A DNA stretch of 16,991 nt, from positions 1 through 16,991 of IMG/VR virus record IMGVR_UViG_2703718832_000008; one strand, written 5' to 3'. The DNA comes from a virus. Taxonomy: Duplodnaviria; Heunggongvirae; Uroviricota; Caudoviricetes. Position numbers and translations under genes: made by a program. Under the pieces are notes generated by a model that did no database searches, was not told the DNA's origin, and saw only the letters and a program-made list of their open reading frames with translations. Shown here in pieces: positions 1 to 6,597 of the stretch; within the stretch, counting starts at the first letter, position 1; the number at the start of each line of letters is the position of its first letter.

Positions 1-885
1 TTACTTTGCAATGAGATCGGGGTCAACTTCGCTAACCCGGCATCGTTTTGACCGGTTGCCCGTCTTTCTTTTTTTCACTTTCGCCAGTTCTTCCGCGGAG
101 TAATGCGACGCGACATCCAGCCGTCGAAGCCCCATTTTGATGTACTCGCTGTTGATCTCAATACCAATGAATTTTCGTCCGCTGGCGATGGCTACGGCAC
201 CGGTAGTAAAGCTACCGGCAAACGGGTCGAGAACGATATCGCCTGGGTTGGAAGAGGCGAGAATAATGCGTTTCAGTAAGGCTTCCGGTTTTTGCTTCGG
301 GTGGTTCTCATATTCATCCATTAAATAACGCACTCGCGGAAAATCCCAGACGTTACCCGGTACTTTTTGATGATTGTATGGCTGTGGAGGATTTTTGCGA
401 TAATCGATCAACGCGCGCTGCGATCCGGTTTTGGCTTCTACCAGAATAGCATCACCGTTGAATGTGTAGTTCTTTGCGTCTTTCACCATCATCAGGATGG
501 GTTCGTACATGGAGCCGTAGTGTTTTTTCGCCTGTACTCCAGAACTGTCATATGACCAGACGATGCGACTTTTGATGGTAAAAAGCTTGCGGCACTGGAG
601 ATCGATAAAGGGCATGTTTTCCGTACTGTTCATAATGTACATGCTGCCCTGCTTTTTCAGAACGCGGTGGCACTCTGCAATCACTTCAAACAGCCAGTCG
701 ATAAATAGATCTTCTTTCCAGGCTTCGATCAGACCATCAAAATTTTTACCGATGTTATACGGTGGGTCGGCAAAGATCAGATCGACGCTTTCAGTAGGTA
801 GCTTTTTAAGTTCGGCAAGGGCATCACCGTGAATAATGGTCTTAGCTTCATTACCAAACCGGGTCGGTTCACATCCTGTTCTCAT
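1..885 (-). CDS. yhdJ: DNA adenine (N6) methyltransferase YhdJ; complete, stop at window positions 1-3
   Basis: 294-aa ORF with the DPPY motif (FADPPYNIG) and a C-terminal FxGSFTTG S-adenosylmethionine-binding motif typical of N6-adenine/N4-cytosine methyltransferases; sequence matches my recollection of enterobacterial YhdJ. Start chosen at ATG 883-885 (MRTGCEP...) with AAGGGAG ribosome-binding site 6 nt upstream, rather than the GTG at 889-891 used by the ORF track. Confidence 0.9.
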   Translation of the reverse strand: MRTGCEPTRFGNEAKTIIHGDALAELKKLPTESVDLIFADPPYNIGKNFDGLIEAWKEDLFIDWLFEVIAECHRVLKKQGSMYIMNSTENMPFIDLQCRKLFTIKSRIVWSYDSSGVQAKKHYGSMYEPILMMVKDAKNYTFNGDAILVEAKTGSQRALIDYRKNPPQPYNHQKVPGNVWDFPRVRYLMDEYENHPKQKPEALLKRIILASSNPGDIVLDPFAGSFTTGAVAIASGRKFIGIEINSEYIKMGLRRLDVASHYSAEELAKVKKRKTGNRSKRCRVSEVDPDLIAK

Positions 886-909
886 GGTCACTCCCTTTGT
901 GACACCTAT

Positions 910-946
910 AAAAAAGGCGCTTCCCCATGCCGAGTAGCGCCTTTTT
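910..946 (-). terminator. Bidirectional intrinsic terminator hairpin (probable fis terminator)
   Basis: Perfect 11-bp inverted repeat AAAAAGGCGCT (911-921) / AGCGCCTTTTT (936-946) around a 14-nt loop, with an A-tract on one side and a T-tract on the other; lies just downstream of the fis stop-codon remnant when read on the minus strand. Confidence 0.7.
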
Positions 947-970
947 AATCAAGCATTTAGCTAACCTGAA

Positions 971-988
971 TTAGTTCATGCCGTACTG
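971..988 (-). other. fis: Remnant of the fis 3' end (Y-G-M-N-stop) marking the chromosome/island junction; putative attachment-site core
   Basis: Minus strand reads TGA CAG TAC GGC ATG AAC TAA. The last four codons plus stop match the Fis C-terminus (...KKYGMN) as I recall it, but an in-frame stop sits immediately upstream and the sequence beyond 988 is unrelated AT-rich DNA. Confidence 0.6.
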
Positions 989-1115
989 TCATATTAGCTG
1001 TTTTCATGCTTTTAGATGATTTTAATATTCATATAATAATCAATGTGTTGTATAAATTCATGCCTGTATATTGTTCCAGTGTTTTTCTTTGTTTATGCTA
1101 TTATGCAAGCAATTC

Positions 1116-1137
1116 TGTATAAACATTTGTATAAACA
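1116..1137 (+). repeat. Two direct copies of TGTATAAACA, 12-bp period, 20-40 bp upstream of int
   Basis: TGTATAAACA at 1116-1125 and 1128-1137 within the AT-rich int leader; possible integrase arm-type or regulator binding sites, or promoter elements. Confidence 0.35.
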
Positions 1138-1155
1138 CTTTGGGCTGGGTGGTCT

Positions 1156-2379
1156 ATGGCTGGCGAACTTAACAAACTGAGCGACAGGAAGTTAAAGGGA
1201 TTACATGGTATCCCGGCCAGTAAGATTGAGTTCTATGCTGATGGTGCCGGGCTGAGCGCCAAGGTAACGAAAGCTGGTGGTATTAGCTGGGTGTTTACTT
1301 ACCGACTCGACGGGCAGAAGCTGCATCGTCTTACTCTGGGACGATACCCGGATATGAGCCTCAAAGAAGCCCGTTCTTCGCGTGATAAATGCCGCCAATG
1401 GCTGGCCTCAGGTAAAGATCCAAAGCACCAGTTGGCGCTGGCCACTCAGGAAACGCTTAAACCGGTCACTGTTAAGGAAGCTATAGAATACTGGATACGC
1501 GAATATGCAGAAGAGAACCGCGCGAATGTTGAACGGCACAAAGCGGAGCTGCGAAAACACATTTATCCTTATATAGGGAAAATGGCGCTCGCTGACTGTG
1601 AAACACGATACTGGCTTGACTGCTTTGACAGGATGAAAAAGAAAACTCCAGTCGCCGCAGGTTATGTGTTCCAGATGTGCAAACAAGCCCTGAAATTCTG
1701 CCGGGTTCGTCGCTATGCTGTGAGTACCGCGCTTGAAGATTTAACAATTCCAGATGTCGGTAAAAAACAGGCAAAAAAAGACCGGGTATTAAACGATAAA
1801 GAGGCTGGCGATTTATGGGCTGCCATTTCCTCTGGCACTTGCTTCATGCCTTACTACACCAGGCTACTGACAATCTTAATGGTGTTTGGGTGCCGAACGC
1901 AGGAGGCCAGGCTATCAGAGTGGAGTGAATGGGATATGGATGCCTGGGTCTGGACAGTTCCCAAAGAGCACAGCAAGGGCGGCGAGAAGATTGTAAGACC
2001 TGTGCCGGATGCCATGCGCAAATTCATTGAAATACTGCATGATGAAACGAAACTATCCGGTCTTTTGCTTGGGTCGGTTAAAGGCAGTGAAGCGGTAAGC
2101 CAGTGGGGCCGTAGCGTTTATAAAAAGCTGGGACATTCTGAACCATGGACACTGCACGATCTAAGACGAACATTAGCAACGCATATGAATAATATGGGTA
2201 TAGCACCACACGTTGTTGAACAGTTGCTGGGGCACTCAATGCCGGGAGTCATGGCGATTTATAATCGCAGCCTGTACTTGCCTGAGAAACTGGATGCGCT
2301 GAATAAATGGTATGACCGTCTCGATATTTTGGCGGGTAATCACTCGAATATTGTTATTTTAAAGGCTGGTGAGAAATGA
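1156..2379 (+). CDS. int: Tyrosine site-specific integrase, P4-like family
   Basis: 407 aa; N-terminal arm-binding-like region, C-terminal catalytic region with HDLRRT and LLGHS...AIYNRSLY motifs (R..HxxR..Y catalytic pattern); GGGTGG ribosome-binding site upstream; placed at the island edge. Confidence 0.95.
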   Translation: MAGELNKLSDRKLKGLHGIPASKIEFYADGAGLSAKVTKAGGISWVFTYRLDGQKLHRLTLGRYPDMSLKEARSSRDKCRQWLASGKDPKHQLALATQETLKPVTVKEAIEYWIREYAEENRANVERHKAELRKHIYPYIGKMALADCETRYWLDCFDRMKKKTPVAAGYVFQMCKQALKFCRVRRYAVSTALEDLTIPDVGKKQAKKDRVLNDKEAGDLWAAISSGTCFMPYYTRLLTILMVFGCRTQEARLSEWSEWDMDAWVWTVPKEHSKGGEKIVRPVPDAMRKFIEILHDETKLSGLLLGSVKGSEAVSQWGRSVYKKLGHSEPWTLHDLRRTLATHMNNMGIAPHVVEQLLGHSMPGVMAIYNRSLYLPEKLDALNKWYDRLDILAGNHSNIVILKAGEK

Positions 2380-3164
2380 AAAAGATAAATAAAATGACCG
2401 ATTTGCCGAAATGGTTTTCATTGGACAATTACAATTCTATCAATGGGCTGAGTGATCTTGATTTAATTAATCAGTTAGCTATGAGAATGGAAGTTGCTAA
2501 TGATGATTTTGAATGGCTTGATACCTATCCCGGAGCAAGAAATGAGTTCGCTTCATTTATGGAAGAAAGATTTAGTAACCCAATTCGGCCGCTGAGCGGA
2601 AAATTATTTGCAGAAAAAATAAAAAGAAAAAAATATTCTGAATGGCAAATGGATTCCGTCGGAGGTGTTGAGCCTTTAAGATTAATTGATGTGATGCAGT
2701 TGTCTAAGAAAGCCGCTCATTATATTGATGAAAATAAAATTAATCGCTCATTGCGTGGACAAAAAAGGTCTGTAAGTAAGACCATAAGCGATAATGATCA
2801 AATGCACATTACTTTAGATTTGTCTTGGCCTGATGAAATTTTATTAAGCGATTTGGCTGCATTGTTGCCAATATGGCGAATGGATCTTGAAAGGAAAAGT
2901 GAAAATAGTTGTAAGTTAAGTAATAGCTGGAGTGTAATCAAAAAGAAAATATTCGATTACAAGATATTGCCAATGTTAGACCTTATGGAGTGGGCTAAAA
3001 TTAACAATGCAACAATCACTAACAGAGTTTTATCTTTGGCCCTATTTCCTAATGCAGAGTATGACGCCATTGGTATCGCTCAAACGATCAAACCGTTCAT
3101 TAGAAATTTTTCCGCAGATTTTTCTATAGAAATATTAAAGCGCAAAGCTATGGATTCATTTTAA
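2376..3164 (+). CDS. Hypothetical protein, AT-rich accessory gene translationally coupled to int
   Basis: 262-aa ORF whose ATG overlaps the int stop (ATGA). Visibly lower GC than the flanking genes, with several A-tracts. No recognisable catalytic motif by eye. Confidence 0.65.
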   Translation: MKKINKMTDLPKWFSLDNYNSINGLSDLDLINQLAMRMEVANDDFEWLDTYPGARNEFASFMEERFSNPIRPLSGKLFAEKIKRKKYSEWQMDSVGGVEPLRLIDVMQLSKKAAHYIDENKINRSLRGQKRSVSKTISDNDQMHITLDLSWPDEILLSDLAALLPIWRMDLERKSENSCKLSNSWSVIKKKIFDYKILPMLDLMEWAKINNATITNRVLSLALFPNAEYDAIGIAQTIKPFIRNFSADFSIEILKRKAMDSF

Positions 3165-3267
3165 TCGGGAAATCCATATAGAAATAATTAAAAATTATCT
3201 AATAGTGAACCATGCTTTTTAATAGCAAATAATAGCCTCCACAAAACGTAGAAACAGTGGAGGCAAC

Positions 3268-3552
3268 ATGCAAAATATCACCTTTACCCCGCCAAATCCT
3301 GAGCAGCGCCGCACCCTTTTAGAAGAGTACGGCTTTAAGTTCGACCGTCGAATTCGTGAAGAAGAATGTAGCGAGATCACCAGCCTTTCCCGTTCCAGCC
3401 GCTGGAAAATGGAGCAGCAAGGTCGATTCCCGCCACGCTGCCACTTTGGTCGTAACAGCTGCGCCTGGCTTCTTTCTGATGTGCTCTGGTGGGTTCGTAA
3501 TCCGCCTGCAGTAGAGAACGTCAATAACCCGTACAGCCGCAAATCTGCTTAA
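3268..3552 (+). CDS. alpA: AlpA-family phage transcriptional regulator (excisionase-like helix-turn-helix)
   Basis: 94 aa; region RIREEECSEITSLSRSSRWKMEQQGRFPPRCHFGRNSCAWLLSDVLWWV matches the AlpA/Vis-type helix-turn-helix as I recall it; GGAGG ribosome-binding site at 3259-3263. Confidence 0.88.
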   Translation: MQNITFTPPNPEQRRTLLEEYGFKFDRRIREEECSEITSLSRSSRWKMEQQGRFPPRCHFGRNSCAWLLSDVLWWVRNPPAVENVNNPYSRKSA

Positions 3553-3572
3553 TTAACTACAGGTAATAGAAT

Positions 3573-4379
3573 ATGGAAAAAATAACTGCCTTGGCTGGCA
3601 GCGGCCAAACTCAATCCGAAACCAGCCAGAAAGATATTTCCAGCGATAATTTTGCTGCGCGAATCCCTGTAACCATGAGCAAGATTGGCGGGAAAGAAAC
3701 CCAGTCTGTAAGCGGACGTAAGCTGCATACGTTTCTGGCTGTAGGGCGAGACTTTACCACCTGGATGAAAGCACGCATCAAACAGTATGGGTTTGTTAAA
3801 GGGGTTGATTATGTAATTGTTGAAGATTTGAGCACCCCAAAACGGGGGAGCGCAAAATCTCGCCAACAAGTCGAGCACGATTACATTGTTAGCCTGAATA
3901 TGGCTAAAGAGCTTTCTATGGTTGAGCGCAACGCGCAAGGCAAGATGGCCCGCCAGTATTTCATCGACTGTGAAGAACGTCTGCGCCGCGTAGCACCAGA
4001 GGAACATGAGGCGGCGTTGTTGGGCTGGCGTAAAAATCGTGTAGCTGCCTGCGAAGATCATAAGAGTATGGCCGATGCAATGAAGGGCTATATCGAGCGC
4101 ACCGGCGACAGGCAGCACGGCTTTGCCTACAGCAATGAATGCTCGTTCCTGAATAGCCTTGTGCTGGGTATGCACCCGCGAGTGTGGGCGAAACAGAAAG
4201 AAATCCCGGTTAAGCAGGTGCGTGACCATATGAACGCCGATCAGCTCGCGCTGCTGGCTTATCTGGAAAGCCGTGATTGTGCTCTGCTGGATCTTGATAC
4301 CCGTACAGCAACCCGTAAGGCGAAACTCACCGAACTGGCACAACGCTGGCTGGTGAAGCGTGTTGGAGGTGCTGAGTGA
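3573..4379 (+). CDS. Phage antirepressor-like protein (AntA/AntB N-terminal domain)
   Basis: 268 aa; segment SGRKLHTFLAVGRDFTTWMKARIKQYGFVKGVDYV fits the AntA-domain pattern (LH.FL.V...F..W...RI..YGF..G.DY). Only 20 bp downstream of alpA, so probably co-transcribed. The start could instead be the internal Met at about 3675. Confidence 0.7.
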   Translation: MEKITALAGSGQTQSETSQKDISSDNFAARIPVTMSKIGGKETQSVSGRKLHTFLAVGRDFTTWMKARIKQYGFVKGVDYVIVEDLSTPKRGSAKSRQQVEHDYIVSLNMAKELSMVERNAQGKMARQYFIDCEERLRRVAPEEHEAALLGWRKNRVAACEDHKSMADAMKGYIERTGDRQHGFAYSNECSFLNSLVLGMHPRVWAKQKEIPVKQVRDHMNADQLALLAYLESRDCALLDLDTRTATRKAKLTELAQRWLVKRVGGAE

Positions 4380-4539
4380 TTTTGCATAACTCAATCAGGG
4401 TTGCGCAGAATTTGAGCAGGCGAAATTCGCACGCGCAAATCAAGCTCGGTGATATGCCGAGTTTGAACAACCGCGTACGTTTAACGTACGGACATCGCAA
4501 CCCATTGAATCAATTTGATTATAACGAACCGTTAGAATT

Positions 4540-4730
4540 GGCGAGCAACAAACACGAACAGTATTCGGGTTCGCCTGAACATCAACACTGCTTAGGTTCG
4601 GCAATCATCTTTAAAGGATGTATCAAGGAAAATCAACAACGTGCAGTTGAGGTTCCAACGAATAACGTAGAGAGCTGCAATGGCAGCGCATTTTTGCTCT
4701 ACGAGGGAAATCAACAACGTACAGTTTTGT
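4540..4730. repeat. Four degenerate direct repeats (~30 bp units, consensus roughly ATCAACAACGTGCAGTTGAGGTTC) in a noncoding region
   Basis: Related units start near 4547, 4581, 4631 and 4710; the two best copies are AAATCAACAACGTGCAGTT (4629-4647) and AAATCAACAACGTACAGTT (4708-4726). Two CGTACG palindromes lie just upstream at 4472-4488. No convincing ORF on either strand. Confidence 0.5.
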
Positions 4731-4860
4731 ACCGTAATCCAAATTTGGCTTACGAGAGGGTAGTACCTCAAAGCCACCAGGTTAACCACGCCGCCAAAAG
4801 ATATGCGGAAAACAAACCCTCTTTAAGAGGGGGAGTCCAGCGTTTGTGCGGGTCATTATG

Positions 4861-4892
4861 TCCTGCGCAAAACAACCCCGAAATTATCGGGG
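4861..4892 (-). terminator. Intrinsic terminator for the minus-strand RHH gene
   Basis: 6-bp stem CCCCGA/TCGGGG with 5-nt loop (4876-4892), followed on the minus strand by TTGTTTTG; sits about 30 nt downstream of the RHH stop. Confidence 0.55.
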
Positions 4893-4923
4893 CAGTCCAC
4901 AGCATTACGGGGAGTAACCCTGT

Positions 4924-5115
4924 TCAGCCTTTTGGCTCGATGCCTTGTCGCAAAAGTTCTTTACGGGCAAGAGCCTTTAGCCAATTGCCAAGGCTCACGC
5001 CTTCCCGGCTGGCAGCCTCATTTAGCTGCTGGCGTAGTTCGGGTGTTATGCGGATCTGGAAGGTCGGTGACAAACCTTCACCTTTCGGAGTTTTATCTCT
5101 TTTGATAGTTGACAT
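4924..5115 (-). CDS. Small ribbon-helix-helix (Arc/CopG-like) DNA-binding protein, putative island regulator
   Basis: 63 aa starting at the internal ATG (5113-5115) with an AGGAG ribosome-binding site upstream on the minus strand; segment FQIRITPELRQQLNEAASREGVSLGNWLKALARKEL has the beta-strand/helix-helix pattern of RHH proteins. The N-terminal extension to 5229 in the ORF track looks non-coding. Confidence 0.6.
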   Translation of the reverse strand: MSTIKRDKTPKGEGLSPTFQIRITPELRQQLNEAASREGVSLGNWLKALARKELLRQGIEPKG

Positions 5116-5163
5116 GTACGTACGTAATCTCCTACTATGGATTCTGTTATGTACGTACGTTAT
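5114..5163. promoter_or_regulatory. Two 15-bp operator-like palindromic sites ATGTACGTACGT[A/T]AT in a divergent control region
   Basis: Copies at 5114-5128 and 5149-5163, centres 35 bp apart; the first contains the perfect 10-bp palindrome TACGTACGTA. They lie between the divergently oriented RHH gene and the HNH-AP2/primase operon. Confidence 0.5.
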
Positions 5164-5444
5164 CACGGCGCATGTAACAAAAGCAACGCCCCGGAGTGCG
5201 GGAACACTGCCGAGGCGTCTAACCACCAACGTTAATAGGAGTAACGCTATGGCTATGCCGCAGTGTAACCAAACTCATCCTAAAAATCGCGTATTTATCT
5301 TTTTGGCTTTAAATCGTGCCGACATGCAGAGCAGGCCACATCGTGAAGTTATTACCGCCGTCAGTGAGCGGGAAGCACGTAAGCTGCTAGTTGGCCGTTT
5401 TATTTTGGTTTTTGCAGGACGCTTACCAGCCAAGGAGATTTATC

Positions 5445-5954
5445 ATGGCTAAATTAACCAATAAATATTTAAAAGAAATTTTAGAATACAGCCCAGAATC
5501 TGGGGTGTTTATTTGGAAAGTTTGTCGTGGTACTACAAAGGCAGGGGATATAGCTGGCAGTATCAAAGTAAGAGGGTATTTAGATATTAAGATTAATAAG
5601 AAGCTATATAAGGCTCATAGGCTCGCATGGTTTTATATGTATGGAGTTTGGCCCGCTAATCTAATTGACCATATTAATGGTAATCGCAGTGATAATCGGT
5701 TGTGTAACTTGCGAGAGGCCACTCACAAAGAAAATTGCAGAAATCAAAGGATGTATAAAAATAACAAGTCAGGAGTAAAGGGAGTTAACTGGAATAAAAC
5801 AGGAAGAAAATGGCTGGCTGCGTGTGCTGTTGACGGGAAAAGATATCACCTAGGAATGTTTGAAGATATTTCAGAAGCAGAGAAAACTATTAAAGATTTT
5901 CGTGAGAAATATCATGGGGAATTCGCCAAGCATGAAGTGACCGGGGAGTTATAA
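5445..5954 (+). CDS. HNH endonuclease with C-terminal AP2 DNA-binding domain (homing-endonuclease-like)
   Basis: 169 aa from ATG 5445 (AAGGAG ribosome-binding site 7 nt upstream). HNH_3-type motif HRLAWFYMYGVWPANLIDHINGNRSDNRLCNLREAT, then AP2-like SGVKGVNWNKTGRKWLAACAVDGKRYHLGMFEDISEAEKT. Visibly AT-rich compared with downstream genes. Confidence 0.8.
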   Translation: MAKLTNKYLKEILEYSPESGVFIWKVCRGTTKAGDIAGSIKVRGYLDIKINKKLYKAHRLAWFYMYGVWPANLIDHINGNRSDNRLCNLREATHKENCRNQRMYKNNKSGVKGVNWNKTGRKWLAACAVDGKRYHLGMFEDISEAEKTIKDFREKYHGEFAKHEVTGEL

Positions 5955-5955
5955 A

Positions 5956-6150
5956 ATGCGTGAGCCAATCTGTCTGGAGCAGGCCGAATATAAATCAGCG
6001 CTGGCTTCATCACTTTACGAAACCATCCTGGAAAAAGCCTCTGCTGAATGTTCAGAAACGCTGCTGAATCTGATTTCTATTGCGTGTGATTTTAATCAGG
6101 AAATTCACCGGGCATTAATCGCCGAGCTGCACATGGGAGAGACAAAATGA
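5956..6150 (+). CDS. Hypothetical small protein (64 aa)
   Basis: ATG immediately after the upstream stop, with GGGGAG ribosome-binding site; first of three tightly coupled small ORFs leading into the primase gene. Confidence 0.5.
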   Translation: MREPICLEQAEYKSALASSLYETILEKASAECSETLLNLISIACDFNQEIHRALIAELHMGETK

Positions 6151-6353
6151 GACAGGTTCCTTTTGAGGTCCTGATGCACGCCGAAGACGCACTGGCATAC
6201 AGCAATCAGGCTCTGGCTATGCTGGAAATCTGGATGGACTCCCTCGGCGAAGGTGATGAACACGAATCTAACTGTGTGGCCGCCATTTTCAGCCTGGTGC
6301 ATGAGTCCAAAGATCGTCTACAGAAAGCGCGGGAGGCTTCCAGTGCAAAATGA
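6147..6353 (+). CDS. Hypothetical small acidic protein (68 aa)
   Basis: ATGA start/stop overlap with the previous ORF; GGGAGAG ribosome-binding site. Confidence 0.5.
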   Translation: MRQVPFEVLMHAEDALAYSNQALAMLEIWMDSLGEGDEHESNCVAAIFSLVHESKDRLQKAREASSAK

Positions 6354-6597
6354 CTTTGTAAGCGATGCGCGGCACGGGAAGCGCGGAGAGTTCAAATTGC
6401 CGCTGTTTTGTGAACTGACTGCAGAAGGGCAGAGTCACATCACCTTTGCCCTAAAGTTTGCCCCCGAGTCTGTGGCTGTGTTCCATCCCGATTCGGGAGA
6501 AATATCTCACTGGCTCAGCCGCGGAAACGAGATTATCGACATTTACGGTTGCTATGCCGTCTTTCCTCGCAATGGCATTAGGGAGGAACAGCAATGA
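6343..6597 (+). CDS. Hypothetical small protein (84 aa, GTG start)
   Basis: GTG at 6343 preceded by GGGAGG 6 nt upstream; overlaps the previous stop and ends in an ATGA overlap with the primase start. The ORF-track start at 6253 would run inside the previous gene and has no ribosome-binding site. Confidence 0.45.
   Translation: MQNDFVSDARHGKRGEFKLPLFCELTAEGQSHITFALKFAPESVAVFHPDSGEISHWLSRGNEIIDIYGCYAVFPRNGIREEQQ

Noticed and set aside
892-1155. Expected tRNA gene at the integrase-proximal junction
   Set aside because: No cloverleaf-compatible sequence found; the junction instead carries the fis 3' end and terminator.
3549-4394. 281-aa ORF antisense to the antirepressor gene
   Set aside because: Completely overlaps a recognisable AntA-like gene on the opposite strand; no ribosome-binding site or motif.
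4924-5229. 101-aa version of the RHH gene from the upstream ATG
   Set aside because: The extra 38 N-terminal residues look non-coding and would start inside the operator region; the internal ATG at 5115 has an AGGAG ribosome-binding site.
4376-5452. 358-codon stop-free frame on the plus strand
   Set aside because: Translation is compositionally non-protein-like, has no ribosome-binding site, runs antisense through the RHH gene and across the divergent promoter region. Treated as noncoding, though the unusual length of open frame is noted in the findings.
6253-6597. 114-aa ORF from the ATG at 6253
   Set aside because: Its first 30 codons lie inside the preceding 68-aa gene in another frame with no ribosome-binding site; the GTG at 6343 with a GGGAGG site is the more plausible start.
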